Counted from the stretch's first letter, positions 42,661 through 53,666 are shown. The stretch is 64,000 nt of DNA from an uncultured Nitrospinota bacterium (GCA_963707985.1 CAVPRW010000014.1:96001-160000); one strand, 5' to 3'. Numbers and translations: made by a program. The notes: generated from the sequence alone by a model not told the origin.

Positions 42661-42708
42661 ATAAAGGAGCTGGGGCTGGGGACCGCGGCCGCGATCACCA
42701 CCGCATAA
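42661..42708 (+). repeat. Diverged duplicate of the last 16 codons of the acyl-CoA synthetase gene
   Basis: [15 protein letters not shown] vs [15 protein letters not shown] (39575-39622); 41/48 nt identical. Confidence 0.85.
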
Positions 42709-42827
42709 TGACGCACCCCATGCCCGTTAAGCCATGGGGAAGTCGGCGTCCTACGCCCCATGGCCTGGCGACCCCCACCTTCGTAGGTTGTAGCGGCCGC
42801 TCCAGAAGAGGCCGTCCCTGTCCTCCT

Positions 42828-43616
42828 CTACCCCTGATGATAGACGTGTTCCTGCACTGGCGTGCCATCTTTTAAGTGTTCCGTGATGATGCGGTCGAGC
42901 ACGTCAGGTGTGACCTTCCGATACCAGATATTATCCGGGTAAACCACGACCACGGGGCCTCCCGAGCACACGAGAAAACAATTGCAGCGTGTTTGCCGGA
43001 CCGCATGGGTGCCCTGGTCGAGGCCGTGGTCCTTGAGTCGGCGGGCCATCAGCTTGAAGAGGGCCTCCGACTGACCGTCGACGGTGCAGCGCGGCCCGGT
43101 GCAGACCAACAAGTGGTGCCGAAAGCGCCGTATCTCGTTGCACTCATCCGCCGTGGGACCGTAGACCATCGGCACACTGGCGTCTTTCAATCGGAGCAAC
43201 ACGGTCATTTGGCCGCGATGGTGGATCTCGTGGTCGATGATATGGCCGAGAATCCAGCGCTTCTCCTTCATCGACCCATGGTAATCGGTCATTTCATCCA
43301 GCCAGGCGTCGTCTTTCGTGCGAAGGGCGGCGATGATCTCCTCGTAGATGTCGTCGAGCGCCTGGACCAGCCCCGCCGTCGTCGCAGGAGGCCTGGCACT
43401 GTCGAGGTCCCACCCCGACGTGGTCGGGAGCTTGAAGATCTCGCTCACATAGTAGAGTGGCGTGGTGGCCACGTGCCAGGCCAGTTGCGCCCAACTCAGG
43501 GAGCGCTCGTGCGGGCGGAACGAGGCGTGGGCCTCGGGCATCGCCGCGATCACGGCGTGCGTGGACGCGTGCTCGTGGTCGTAGCGCTCCAGAATCTCTT
43601 GCATGGTTGTCGCCAT
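42828..43616 (-). CDS. DinB-family domain fused to a thioredoxin-like [2Fe-2S] ferredoxin
   Basis: LAWHV..HEIHHRGQ..LLR..VYGPTADE, then LLVCTGPRC...CFLVCSGGPVVVVYPDNIWY..EHL. Confidence 0.85.
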   Translation of the reverse strand: MATTMQEILERYDHEHASTHAVIAAMPEAHASFRPHERSLSWAQLAWHVATTPLYYVSEIFKLPTTSGWDLDSARPPATTAGLVQALDDIYEEIIAALRTKDDAWLDEMTDYHGSMKEKRWILGHIIDHEIHHRGQMTVLLRLKDASVPMVYGPTADECNEIRRFRHHLLVCTGPRCTVDGQSEALFKLMARRLKDHGLDQGTHAVRQTRCNCFLVCSGGPVVVVYPDNIWYRKVTPDVLDRIITEHLKDGTPVQEHVYHQG

Positions 43617-43651
43617 CATCCACCTCCTCACGTTCCATCAGGTTCGCAGGA

Positions 43652-45220
43652 CTATCGCTTCTGGGCTGCAAGCTTCTCCAGGGTGTTGAGCGCCATTTCC
43701 AGCTCGGGGGCCCTCTGACCAAGCGCGCCGACCAGCAGCCGCAACTCTGCGAGCTCCTCTGCTGTCGGCACGGGCGAGGTATCACCGCCGAAAGCACCAA
43801 TGGCCTGCTTGTACAGCTCCAATGCCTCCATACGCCTCCCGTGGCCGTCCAGGCGGAACTGTGCCGGCGCCAGCGGGCCGAACAGCAGGTGCCGCGTGAT
43901 TTCAGGTCGGGCGTCCAGGTACGGTGCTACGCCGGCTTCCTGAGAAAGGGCCACCGCCAGATGCGGCAGGAGCACATTCGGCGTCGTCTGGCGCATGTTG
44001 CGCCAGGCCTCGATGCCCTCATCCATTTGCTGGCGCGAGGGCAACTCACGCACGCCGGCCCAGACCATCGCGATCCAACGCGCTTGCAGCTCGACGCATG
44101 GCGCATAGGGACCAATCAGATTGTACTGCCCGATGAACGCAAGATTAGGCAGATCCGGATGGAACGTGTGGACGTACAGATCGAGCCCCGTCGAATCGGC
44201 GTTGAGGGTGTGGCGGACGCCTTCGGAAAGGAATGGCAGGGAGAGATCATAGCCCGTGGCCGTCACGATGGCGTCAGCCTCCTCCTCTCCGCCGTCGACA
44301 AACACGACCGTGCGTCCACGGATGGCGGCGATTGTGGGACGGCACCGGATGCGCCCCTCAGCCACATAGGCGAGCCAACTCTGGCAGAGCGTGATCCCCG
44401 CCACCAGGATGTTGTCGTGCGGGGCCGGCGCTCCATATTGTGACGGATGGCCGGAGACGTCCAGGACCCGTTGTTTCATGTGCTCGGCCACCACCTCCAT
44501 GGGAAACGCCATAGGCCGGTAGGCCGACACGCGCGTAAAGAAGCGCCAATCGGACGGCACGCCGCGAGAGACCCGTGGGATCACGTAGCGCGGTTTGCGA
44601 AGCGCGGCCGTCACCCGGATGGAGTCATCGATCGCCAGATCACTCGCGATCTCCGTGCCGCTCACACTGTTGCCCAACACGATGACGCGCTTGCCGCGGA
44701 AGGCCTCGCGGCCGCGGTAGTGGAAGCTATGAACGACCTCGCCCTCGAAAGTCTCGATACCCTCGATCACCGGTTGGCGCGGGCAGTTGAAGCGCCCAGT
44801 CGCGACCACAACGCCATCGAAGCGCTCGCCGCCTCCACCGTCTGTGATGACACGCCACTGTCCATCAGCGCGTTCGATGCTCCGGACCGGTGTCTGCAGA
44901 TGAATCGAGCGACCCAGGTCGAAACTCTCGGCATAGGACCGGAGATAATCGCGGAGATCCTCAAAGCGTGGAAACATTGGCAACGACTCTGGAGGTGGGA
45001 AGTCCGAGAATGCGTCCAGAGTCTTGCTGGTGTTGGTGTGCATCCCCGGCCAGATGCCGCTGTGGGCCGATGGGGCATGCCATTGGCCACCCACACCGTC
45101 GGCCTGCTCGAAGACGACGGGCTGGAGACCTGCATCCTGCAGCGACTTGGCCGCAACCAGGCCGCTAGGACCGGCCCCGACCACAGCCACACGTCGTCGC
45201 TGGTGGCTTGATGATAACAT
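43652..45220 (-). CDS. Flavin-containing monooxygenase (FMO)
   Basis: GAGPSG, GGQW, FEGEVVHSFHY fingerprint, GNSVSG, ATGY. Confidence 0.92.
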   Translation of the reverse strand: MLSSSHQRRRVAVVGAGPSGLVAAKSLQDAGLQPVVFEQADGVGGQWHAPSAHSGIWPGMHTNTSKTLDAFSDFPPPESLPMFPRFEDLRDYLRSYAESFDLGRSIHLQTPVRSIERADGQWRVITDGGGGERFDGVVVATGRFNCPRQPVIEGIETFEGEVVHSFHYRGREAFRGKRVIVLGNSVSGTEIASDLAIDDSIRVTAALRKPRYVIPRVSRGVPSDWRFFTRVSAYRPMAFPMEVVAEHMKQRVLDVSGHPSQYGAPAPHDNILVAGITLCQSWLAYVAEGRIRCRPTIAAIRGRTVVFVDGGEEEADAIVTATGYDLSLPFLSEGVRHTLNADSTGLDLYVHTFHPDLPNLAFIGQYNLIGPYAPCVELQARWIAMVWAGVRELPSRQQMDEGIEAWRNMRQTTPNVLLPHLAVALSQEAGVAPYLDARPEITRHLLFGPLAPAQFRLDGHGRRMEALELYKQAIGAFGGDTSPVPTAEELAELRLLVGALGQRAPELEMALNTLEKLAAQKR

Positions 45221-45699
45221 CGATCCTCCTGTGCCACGCCTGGATCACTGCGACATGGTCAACCCCACAACGGTTCGCGGTGCACCGGTCAGGGACAGCC
45301 AGTTTGGCAGTGAGGAAGGTGCCCCCAGAGCCGCTGCTCACGACCGTCCCGCCTCCAAGAGGATGAGAGCCTTGAATATCCCGCTCCCAGGCTTGGGCCT
45401 GACCAACTGGCCCCTGTGACCAGCTTCAATATCCACACACACACGGCGAACAGGATACATAAATCATATTCGTGGGGAAAAATAAAGCACATTGTGCGCG
45501 CTGGAATGGTATAGACGGGGTCAAATCTCGTGACGAATTCCTCGACGTCTATGCGGCACGGAGCCAGCTCTGGGATTTACCCTGTTACCTCTAGAATTAC
45601 ATCAGAGTAGCACATATTTCCCATGCCTGCTGGCCCCGGTATAAAACCGCGTCGCGCTGGACGCAGTGATGAGACACAACAAGGTACCGAAGCCTGCCT

Positions 45700-46800
45700 T
45701 TATACTAGTCGTGACAGCTCTACGTCTCGAGTCGCATCCGTGGGCGCCGCGGTGGGAGCCGGCTTGACCGTATGCATCAGCGGTAGCACTCGGTCACCGA
45801 ACACCCGGAGGCCCTCCTCACACTCGGGGAAGATGAGCATGATCCCCTTAGTTCCGGGTACGGATCCAATATGGTCGAGGATGGCGGCGCACTGGGCGTA
45901 TGACGCGATGATCGGCGTAATCCCGAAATAGGCGACGCCCTGTAGCGCTGCGGCTGTCCCTCCAGTCGCATCGAGTGCCGCCTGGCCCATCATCGCGGCC
46001 AACGCCTCACGATCAGCGTGTGCCAACCAGTGGTTTGACTTGGCTTGCGCCTTAGCCTCGGTCTCCTCAAGCACGAGGGTGTATAGTGCGTAGGCGCCGA
46101 CGTCGCGGCCTGTTTCTTCGGCATATTGTCGCAACTTGCGGTTAGCGGCGAATACCGCATCGCCACTGAGGTCGCCGAGGACGAAAGCGTAATCGGCGTG
46201 CTGCGCGGTGAATCGCATGCCGACGTCCGATTGTCCAGCGCACACCAGCGGCAGCGGGCGGTTCGGATGCGGTAGGATACGGCAGTCGCGCAGCTGGAAA
46301 AACTCCCCCTCATAATCCACGTCGCGCTGCGTCCAGAGAAGCTTCAAGATCTCGACATACTCGCGAGCATAGTGGTAGCGGCGTTGATAGTGCTCATCGC
46401 CGGGCCACAGCCCCATCTGGGCATATTCATCCTTCTGCCACCCGGACACCAAGTTGATCCCGAAGCGGCCTTGGGAGATATGGTCGATCGTCGCGCCTCG
46501 GCGCGCAGTAATCGCCGGGTGGACGGTTGGCAGTGCCACCGAGCCGTAGAGCTGGATGCGGTCGGTGGCCTGGGCGAGCGCCGCCATGACCTCGAACGAT
46601 TCCAGCACATAGTCTGCAAACTCCGTCGGACCGCCCCAGCCGCGATATTTGACCGGTGAGAGCACGAAGTGAAAGCCGAGATCCTCAGCATGCCGCGTCA
46701 TCGTCTTAAGCATGGCATACGATGGCTGATACTGCGGCGCTGCGGTCGAAACAACATAGCCATTCTTCCCCACCGGGAGAAACACGCCCAGCTCGACCAT
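45700..46800 (-). CDS. RutA-like LLM flavin monooxygenase
   Basis: ELGVFLPVGKNG...APQYQP, KYRGWGGPTEF, VSGWQKDEYAQMGLWPGDEH, CAGQS; no other rut genes nearby. Confidence 0.8.
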   Translation of the reverse strand: MVELGVFLPVGKNGYVVSTAAPQYQPSYAMLKTMTRHAEDLGFHFVLSPVKYRGWGGPTEFADYVLESFEVMAALAQATDRIQLYGSVALPTVHPAITARRGATIDHISQGRFGINLVSGWQKDEYAQMGLWPGDEHYQRRYHYAREYVEILKLLWTQRDVDYEGEFFQLRDCRILPHPNRPLPLVCAGQSDVGMRFTAQHADYAFVLGDLSGDAVFAANRKLRQYAEETGRDVGAYALYTLVLEETEAKAQAKSNHWLAHADREALAAMMGQAALDATGGTAAALQGVAYFGITPIIASYAQCAAILDHIGSVPGTKGIMLIFPECEEGLRVFGDRVLPLMHTVKPAPTAAPTDATRDVELSRLV

Positions 46801-46936
46801 CGTCCACTCCTTGTCGATGAGGTGTCGCACATAGCCGGCGACAACACCTAGATATCATCGCGGAGGTCCATTAATCACCCACTATGTCAAGCTGTCCGGC
46901 CAGTGTCTGCACCGCCTGATCGCCCTGCGCGCACTG

Positions 46937-48235
46937 CTATCGGACAGCCACCAGGGGCGGGTCCTTGAGATACGACTCGGCCAGCTTCCGCCCGGTGTCG
47001 CGCAACAGGGGTGGGTCGTCCTTCGGCGTCGCCGCCGGCGGTACGCGCACGACCGTGTCGTTCGAATAGGTCGGGATGATTGTGCCGGCCTCACGACAAA
47101 GACCAGCAGGGTCACGACCATCTTGAACGCTGCGAATGCCACGGCGGATCTGTTGCCGAAACATGGTGACGCCACGATCCGTGGCACCGAGATGCTCCAG
47201 GGCGTGGATGGCAATCGGTCGCTGTCCGACCTGGGCTTCATAATCACCGGGCTGACGCTGGCTCGCCTCATAGGAGTCAGCGGCGAGCTGGCCAGGAATC
47301 ATGATGCTGCGGTCCGCGAACCATGAGGGCGTGACACCCTCGGTCTCGCTCACATGCCGGAATTCGATGAGCACGGTGTGGGTGTCGTCTTGGGGCACAA
47401 TCCAGCGGCTCATCATCGGGCCGCTGAAAGCATGTTCCTGGAGGCCATCCTCCCACGCTGGAGCCACCTGCTGCAGGTTGGGTGCGATAGCTTCCACCAT
47501 TCGTGCCCAGACGTTGTCTTCCACGCGGCGGGTGGCAATATAGATCATTCCGATCGGGGTTTCGGTGAACTCAAGCTCTGGGATCACCCCGAACTGGTCA
47601 GTAAATTGTGCACCGCTGACGATGGTGTGGAGAAACGCGGTATGGACCGGGTCCATGGCGTTTTCCATAATCTGTAGCCAGTTACACGGGTAGGCATATT
47701 TCCTGCCGGGGATGAGCCGATAACCCGGCCGGGTGAAGCTGTCGTAGACGGGGAATGGAGGCTTCTGATCCGGCGGACCCATGTAGGCGAATACGATGCC
47801 GTGATACTCATGGGTCGGATAGGCGCCATGACAGAGGCGGTCCTTCAAGGTGCTGTCCGCTGGCTCGCCTGGAGTCTCCAAGATGGTTCCGTCCACATCG
47901 AAGAGCCAGGCGTGGTAGCAGCAGCGTATGCCCTTAGCGCCGATCAGACCATACTCCAATGATGTGCCCCGATGCGGACAACGTAACTCCAGTAATCCCA
48001 CGGCGCCGCTCAAATCGCGGAACACCACAAGCTCTTCCCCCAAGATGGTAACCCGCATGGGCAAGTCCTGTAACTCGTCCGTAAAACATACTGGCTGCCA
48101 ATAGCGACGTAAATATTCGCCACACGGTGTGCCAGGGCCAACATGCGTCAGCTCGGCGTCTTCTTCGGGGACATCACGATGAAAATACCCGCCATATCGC
48201 GTTGTCAAGAATGTCGGTCTAGTGGCCATAGCCAT
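46937..48235 (-). CDS. Rieske oxygenase alpha subunit (phthalate 4,5-dioxygenase / LigX-like)
   Basis: GPGTPCGEYLRRYW, CPHRG..CCYH, ENAMDPVHTAFLH, EHLGATDRGV. Confidence 0.9.
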   Translation of the reverse strand: MAMATRPTFLTTRYGGYFHRDVPEEDAELTHVGPGTPCGEYLRRYWQPVCFTDELQDLPMRVTILGEELVVFRDLSGAVGLLELRCPHRGTSLEYGLIGAKGIRCCYHAWLFDVDGTILETPGEPADSTLKDRLCHGAYPTHEYHGIVFAYMGPPDQKPPFPVYDSFTRPGYRLIPGRKYAYPCNWLQIMENAMDPVHTAFLHTIVSGAQFTDQFGVIPELEFTETPIGMIYIATRRVEDNVWARMVEAIAPNLQQVAPAWEDGLQEHAFSGPMMSRWIVPQDDTHTVLIEFRHVSETEGVTPSWFADRSIMIPGQLAADSYEASQRQPGDYEAQVGQRPIAIHALEHLGATDRGVTMFRQQIRRGIRSVQDGRDPAGLCREAGTIIPTYSNDTVVRVPPAATPKDDPPLLRDTGRKLAESYLKDPPLVAVR

Positions 48236-48444
48236 TCTCCTTACCGGTTCATCGTTGACGTTTATCACATGCGCTCTTCACAACACTGATGCCGCTCTTT
48301 ATGTGATCGCAGCAGGAACGTAGCCTACTCCTTGAGACCCGACACAGCTGAGCGGCAGTTCCTGCCAGCCGCTGAGTTCCTATGTGAGACTGGTTTCCTT
48401 CTTCAGCACGCCTACACGATCAAGCACACCTCTCCTTGCCGACG

Positions 48445-51185
48445 TCATGCTTTCGGGATCGGGCTTCGATAGGCCTGGAGCAGGCCACGCAATTCCTGGA
48501 TTAGGGTCTCGCGGTCCAAGCCGCGTTTCTGAATCACCGAGCGGACACGCTGGTCGAGCCGAGCCCGCTCGGTAGGCGTAAGCGTTTTCGCCGTAAGCAC
48601 GACGATCGGGATGCTGGTGAAGCTGCGAGGTCTGCTGGAGCTGCTCGATGAGCATGAATCCGTCCATGCGTGGCATGAGGAGGTCCAGGAGGATGACATC
48701 GGGAGGCTGGTGGTCGATGACCCCCAATGCCTCCTGTCCATCTGCTGCCGACATGATCTCATAGGGCTCGCCTTCGAGGAGCTGACTGACCAGATCCATG
48801 ACCTGTGGGTCATCATCCACCACCAGCAGACGTCCCTGTCGTGGAGGGACATGGGCCAGCGTGGCCAGGATCGCGTCGCGATCGAAGGGTTTGATCAGGT
48901 AGTCACAGGCCCCCAACCGGTAACCCAGATTCTTGTTGTCCACGATTGACAAGACGATGACGGGGATGGCACGGGTTGCCGTATCAGCCTTTAGTGCATG
49001 CAGGACCTGCCAACCGTCTGGCTGCGGCATGAGGATGTCGAGGGTAATGGCCAATGGCCGCAGCTCGCGGGCTTTTTCCAGTCCTTCTCGGCCATTCAGT
49101 GCCCCGACCACGCGATAGCCCGCCTCGGCAAGGTTTTCATGCAGAAGGTAGATGACATCCGGGTCATCGTCGATGGCCAGCACGACCTTGTCACCGTCTG
49201 GCTGCTCGGCCGGCTGTTCCTGGTAGGGGAATCGAGTGCCTCGCCCCGTAGGCTGAGCTGGGCGCGAATCCAGCGGGATGGTGACGGTGAAGGTCGAGCC
49301 CACTCCGACTGTACTCTGCACGACGACGTCTCCGCCCAAGAGCCGGGCAAGGCGACGGCTGATCGTCAGACCCAGACCCGTGCCACCATAGCTGCGCACG
49401 GCGCTACTCTCCACCTGACGAAATTCTTCGAAGATCAGGTCGATCTTATCTCCAGGAATCCCGATGCCCGTATCCGTCACCGCTATGGTAAGGTGACCGT
49501 CTTGCCGTCGTGCGCTCACCGTCACGCTTCCTTCGGGCGTAAATTTCACCGCGTTGCTGAGCAGATTCACCAGGATCTGCCTCAATTTGTCGGGATCGGT
49601 AAACAGCGGCGGTAGGTCAGCCTCGATCGCTTTCGCCAAGTACAGGCGCTCGCTCTTGATCGTCGGCTCGACCGTGCGCAGGCAGGTATCGACGAGCTCC
49701 TCCACTTGAGTATCAGCTGGATGGACCTCCATGCGTCCAGCCTCGATTTTGGAGAGGTCGAGGATGTCGTTGATCAGCGCCAGGAGATGCTCGGCGCTGA
49801 TCAAGATCTTCCCAAGATTCTCCTGTTCGCGTGGAGGCAGAATGTCTTTCGAGCGTCGCATGACGAGCCGGGTGAAACCGATAATGGCATTCATCGGGGT
49901 CCGGAGCTCATGGGACATGTTGGCCAGGAATTCGGATTTGGCCTGGGTGGCAGCTTCGGCCGCTTCCTTCGTCTGCTGTAATTCAACTTCCGCGTGCTTG
50001 CGCTCGGTGATATCGCGCAGCACGCCGGTGAGAAATTTCTTCTCCCCAGCCTCGAGGAGGGAGAAGGAGACTTCCAACGGGAATTCACGGCCGTCTTTGG
50101 TCAATCCTGGCAGCTCGATGTTCTGCCAGCGCGGCAGATGGCGCTGGCCGCTGGTGAGATAGCGCTGCAGCCCAGCCATGTGCTGGTCCCGCAGACGCTC
50201 GGGGATAATTGCGGTCAAGGGCTTACCCAACAACTCTGCTTGGCAGAAGCCGAAAATCTGCTCGGCCGCACGGTTGAATTCGCAGACCAATCCAGCCTCG
50301 TCGATGGAAATAATGGCGTCGGCGGCGGCATTGATAATGTGCCGGTAGCGTTCCTCGCTCTCCCGCAGGGCGGCCTCCACTCCCTGCCGTTCAGCGATTT
50401 CGCCCTCCAGGGCGTTGGGCGCGCTGCGTCAAGTCTGTGGAGGTCTGGCGCAGCCGGCCGATGACCAGGGCCAGTCCTGCCACTCCCAATGCGGACATCA
50501 CCCCCATCAGGGCAAAGGTTCCCTGCAAACCCACATACGTCTGGGCCATGGCCCTATCCAGAGGCAGAATGACCTCCAGGACCCCTCGCACGTCCCCCTC
50601 GCGCCAGTCGGTTTTGGGACTGGCCGGGTGCATGTTGTGACAATCGACACAGCGGGGCCGCATCAGATCCGCCGTCGCATAGCGCAACGATCGGATGCCG
50701 TTAAATTCCTCGAAGCGATAGAAGGGTTTGTCGGGGTGATGTAGCAGGGACCTCCACGCTTCCTGGCTAAATGCATCGCGCAGGCCACCCTCCTCTTGCC
50801 GCCAGGGAAATGGATAGGGACTATATAGACGTGTCTGCGCTCCGGCCCCATGGGCGCCAATCCGCTTGCCGATGAGCATCGTCAAGGTCGCCGGAAGCGG
50901 AATGGCTCCTTCCCTGGTCGTGTGATCATGGGTCACCTCGATGCCGCGTTTGATGACGGTGTCCACGACCTCAGAGGTATAGAGGGTGCGAAACTCCCCC
51001 AGCGCTTGGGAATACAGCGACGCATCCTGCAAGACGGTGGAGGCGATGAGGTTCGACTGCAAGTGGGACACATACCACAGCATGCAGACCACGCCGACAC
51101 AGAACAGGATCGTCAACACCAGGATGGTCCGTTCGTGAAGCAGCCTGATGGATCCAGCCGTTAGCTTCTTGAAGGCTTGGCGCAC
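48445..51185 (-). CDS. Hybrid sensor kinase: TM, DUF3365-like heme-c domain, TM, PAS, HisKA/HATPase, 2x REC (frameshifts near 50395 and 48610)
   Basis: YSPYPFP..CVDCH..WREGDVRGVLEV; FLANMSHELRTP; NAVKFT; GGTGLGL; two REC domains; start uncertain. Confidence 0.85.
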
Positions 51186-51342
51186 AGTCTTCCCATCCAG
51201 AAAGATCTTCTCCGACTGCGACCCAATGCTCTGCTGTCCAATGCGTTTGTGCTTCACCACTGACGGCAGGTGCGTGAACGCCGTGTATTTGCCGGTATCG
51301 GTACAAGCCGGAACAGGAAGGAGCCGACCCTCTGCGCACTCT

Positions 51343-52410
51343 TTAATACGTCGCTCTGACGGAACCCAAGACGCGGCAGATCTCGACCGCCTCATCGATG
51401 TTTTTCAAAGATATGTGACCGAGTCGCTCCAAGCGAAAGCCGTGGCCCAGGCGTCGGACGGTCTCTGGACCGACCAGAAGCTGGCCGACCCCGGCAGTGG
51501 CTGCCAGGCGTGCCGCCAAATTGGTCACCGGGCCGCTGGCCGTGAACGTCCAGCGTGTGCCTCGCACGCCCTCGATGCGGGTCGAACCGACCAAGGCGAG
51601 CCCAGAATTGAGGCCCATGTGAATCGACAGCGGCTGTGTGCCATTGGTCTCATTAAGCGCTTCCGTGGCGCCGAGCAGAGCGAGCGCGGTCTCAACGGCG
51701 GTTACCGCATGCGCGGACCTATCGACATCATGGAAAATTGCCATAAAGCCGTCCCCGGCCGTCTCGTTGATATCACCGTCCGCTGCGTGAATACAATCCA
51801 GGAAAGTCGAAAAATAGTGTTCAACCAGCCGATTGAGCGTGTCCGGCGGCAACTGCGCGCTCAAGCGCCCATAGCCGCTGATATCGAGAAATAAGACGGA
51901 AACGTCTTGTTCGCGCTTGGCCAAGGCTGGGGCTTCGGGATTGGCGGCAACGAGGCGTTTGACGGCCTCCGGAACGTACTTGGCAAAGTGGTCTTTGACC
52001 CGTCTCAGCTCGTGGATTTTACGATCGATGGTATGCTTCAGCTTAAGCGTGGTCTGAATGCGAGCCCTCAATTCTTGCTGATTGATCGGTTTGGTCAGGA
52101 AATCATCCGCGCCCGCCTCGATCCCTTTGATGCGATCGTCGATGCTATCGAGAGCCGTCATGATCACGATCGGGATCGTCCTCGTCTCGTCGTCCCCCTT
52201 CAGGATATGACACAGGGTAAAGCCGTCCATGATCGGCATCATGACGTCCAGCAAGATGAGGTCAGGCGCCTGGGCCGACACTTTGTCCAAGGCTTCTCGG
52301 CCGTTCTTGGCGCTCGTTGTGGTGTAGCCGAGGTCCTCCAGTTCTTGTTCCAAATAATCCACGTTCAACGGTTCGTCGTCTACGATCAAAATCCTGGAGG
52401 AGTGGATCAT
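51343..52410 (-). CDS. Response regulator with class III adenylate/guanylate cyclase domain
   Basis: ILIVDDE..LDVMMP..KP; VLFLDISG, AGDGFMAIF, TNLAARL. Confidence 0.9.
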   Translation of the reverse strand: MIHSSRILIVDDEPLNVDYLEQELEDLGYTTTSAKNGREALDKVSAQAPDLILLDVMMPIMDGFTLCHILKGDDETRTIPIVIMTALDSIDDRIKGIEAGADDFLTKPINQQELRARIQTTLKLKHTIDRKIHELRRVKDHFAKYVPEAVKRLVAANPEAPALAKREQDVSVLFLDISGYGRLSAQLPPDTLNRLVEHYFSTFLDCIHAADGDINETAGDGFMAIFHDVDRSAHAVTAVETALALLGATEALNETNGTQPLSIHMGLNSGLALVGSTRIEGVRGTRWTFTASGPVTNLAARLAATAGVGQLLVGPETVRRLGHGFRLERLGHISLKNIDEAVEICRVLGSVRATY

Positions 52411-52799
52411 CGCGGTTCCTCCGATTCATGATGGCCCCTCGGCCCCAGAAACCGGACGAGTTTTGCGAACAGGAGGTTTTCGTCGAGCGGTTTAGTCAGG
52501 TATTCGTCACAGCCGCTTTGCAGTGCCTTCTCCCGATCCCCCATCATGGCATGGGCGGACAGCGCAATGATGGGGATATCATGTAACGCCGCGTCGGCTT
52601 TGAGGCGTCGGGTAACCTCCCAACCGTCGATAATGGGCAGCGAGAGGTCCATCAGAATGAGGTCGGGATGCTCATGAGCGGCGAGCTGGAGCCCTTCGGC
52701 GCCGTCAACCGCGGTGAGGACATCATAGGTGTCCTCTAGGAGCTGGACGATGAGATCTCGGTTGAGCTCGACGTCTTCGACGATGAGGATTTTTTTCAT
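52407..52799 (-). CDS. Single-domain response regulator (DivK-like)
   Basis: KILIVED, LMDLSLP..DG, SAHAM, GCDEYLTKP. Confidence 0.92.
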   Translation of the reverse strand: MKKILIVEDVELNRDLIVQLLEDTYDVLTAVDGAEGLQLAAHEHPDLILMDLSLPIIDGWEVTRRLKADAALHDIPIIALSAHAMMGDREKALQSGCDEYLTKPLDENLLFAKLVRFLGPRGHHESEEPR

Positions 52800-52975
52800 G
52801 ATGTCTCTCCGACGCGACTGAACATGGACGGTCTGGCGGCACATCTGGAGTTGCCCGTTGTCAGATGGTGTCTACAGGCTCCAGTCCGCCTGATGAAGAC
52901 GGACTGAGCCTGGCGCGTCGTGGTGTGCTGATGGGCTGGTGCGTCGGTCGCGAATAGCCTGTGGCTGGAAGTCAA

Positions 52976-52990
52976 TCAAGAATCGTGCCA
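52976..52990 (-). promoter_or_regulatory. Candidate sigma54 (-24/-12) promoter
   Basis: Minus strand TGGCACGATTCTTGA vs consensus TGGCAC-N5-TTGC (one mismatch at -12), about 180 bp upstream of the regulator. Confidence 0.5.
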
Positions 52991-53098
52991 GATTCACTCG
53001 CTTCCTTGTGAACTGGCTATCTGGTGACTGATGTGATTGAGATGATGGGTTTTTGTGGAGTCGATACAGAAGGGGAAAAGCGTATTGGGGGGAGCCAG

Positions 53099-53177
53099 AC
53101 CCCCAACCTGGGTTTCCCTAACCCCCAATTCTGGGGGTCAAATGGGGGTTTCCCCCCACTTCACCCCCACTTCTGGG
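53099..53177. promoter_or_regulatory. Clustered ACCCCCA-N-TGGG(GGT) palindromes, possible activator binding sites
   Basis: Perfect ACCCCCA-ATTC-TGGGGGT at 53121-53138 with degenerate copies at 53099 and 53163. Confidence 0.45.
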
Positions 53178-53264
53178 AACACCGTCAAAAGCGGGACTCA
53201 TCACCTGATCGCTGGCTCAGGTGCTACCTAAGGCCCCCACTAGCATGATATGATCAACAATCCC

Positions 53265-53639
53265 CTATCCACGCTGAGCCCGCATCGCGATGTCGAGCGT
53301 ATATTCGAAATAGGACGCCGCCTCGCTCAGGCTGAACTCGTCCTTCTCAAAGGTCAAGTGCGGTTTACCCTGCTCGTCGAAACTGATGTTCACGCCGAGT
53401 CTCACTGGCCACGGCAGCAGCGCGTTGCGCCGCCCCTCCCGCACCGACCGGGCCTGTGGCAGCGCCATCAGCTCGTTTGGCGGCCTCAGGATCATCTCGG
53501 GCCGCTGTTCGGCGATGCGGCTGTAGACCTCGACGCACCTACGAACGGTGCCCAGATAGTCTCCCTTGTCGAGCGCCTGTTCGGCCTCTATCAGTATGGT
53601 CTGGAAGAACGGGTCGATGAGGTCGCTAGGTCTGGCCAT
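53265..53639 (-). CDS. Hypothetical protein
   Basis: GGAGG RBS; follows the LLM gene; natural-looking composition. Confidence 0.7.
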   Translation of the reverse strand: MARPSDLIDPFFQTILIEAEQALDKGDYLGTVRRCVEVYSRIAEQRPEMILRPPNELMALPQARSVREGRRNALLPWPVRLGVNISFDEQGKPHLTFEKDEFSLSEAASYFEYTLDIAMRAQRG

Positions 53640-53666
53640 CTTGTGTCCTCCCGGTGGAGACGAACT

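Noticed and set aside
39929..44443. Long plus-strand ORFs 39929-41023, 41448-42344, 42876-43718 and 43457-44443
   Set aside because: Antisense shadows of recognisable minus-strand genes in GC-rich DNA
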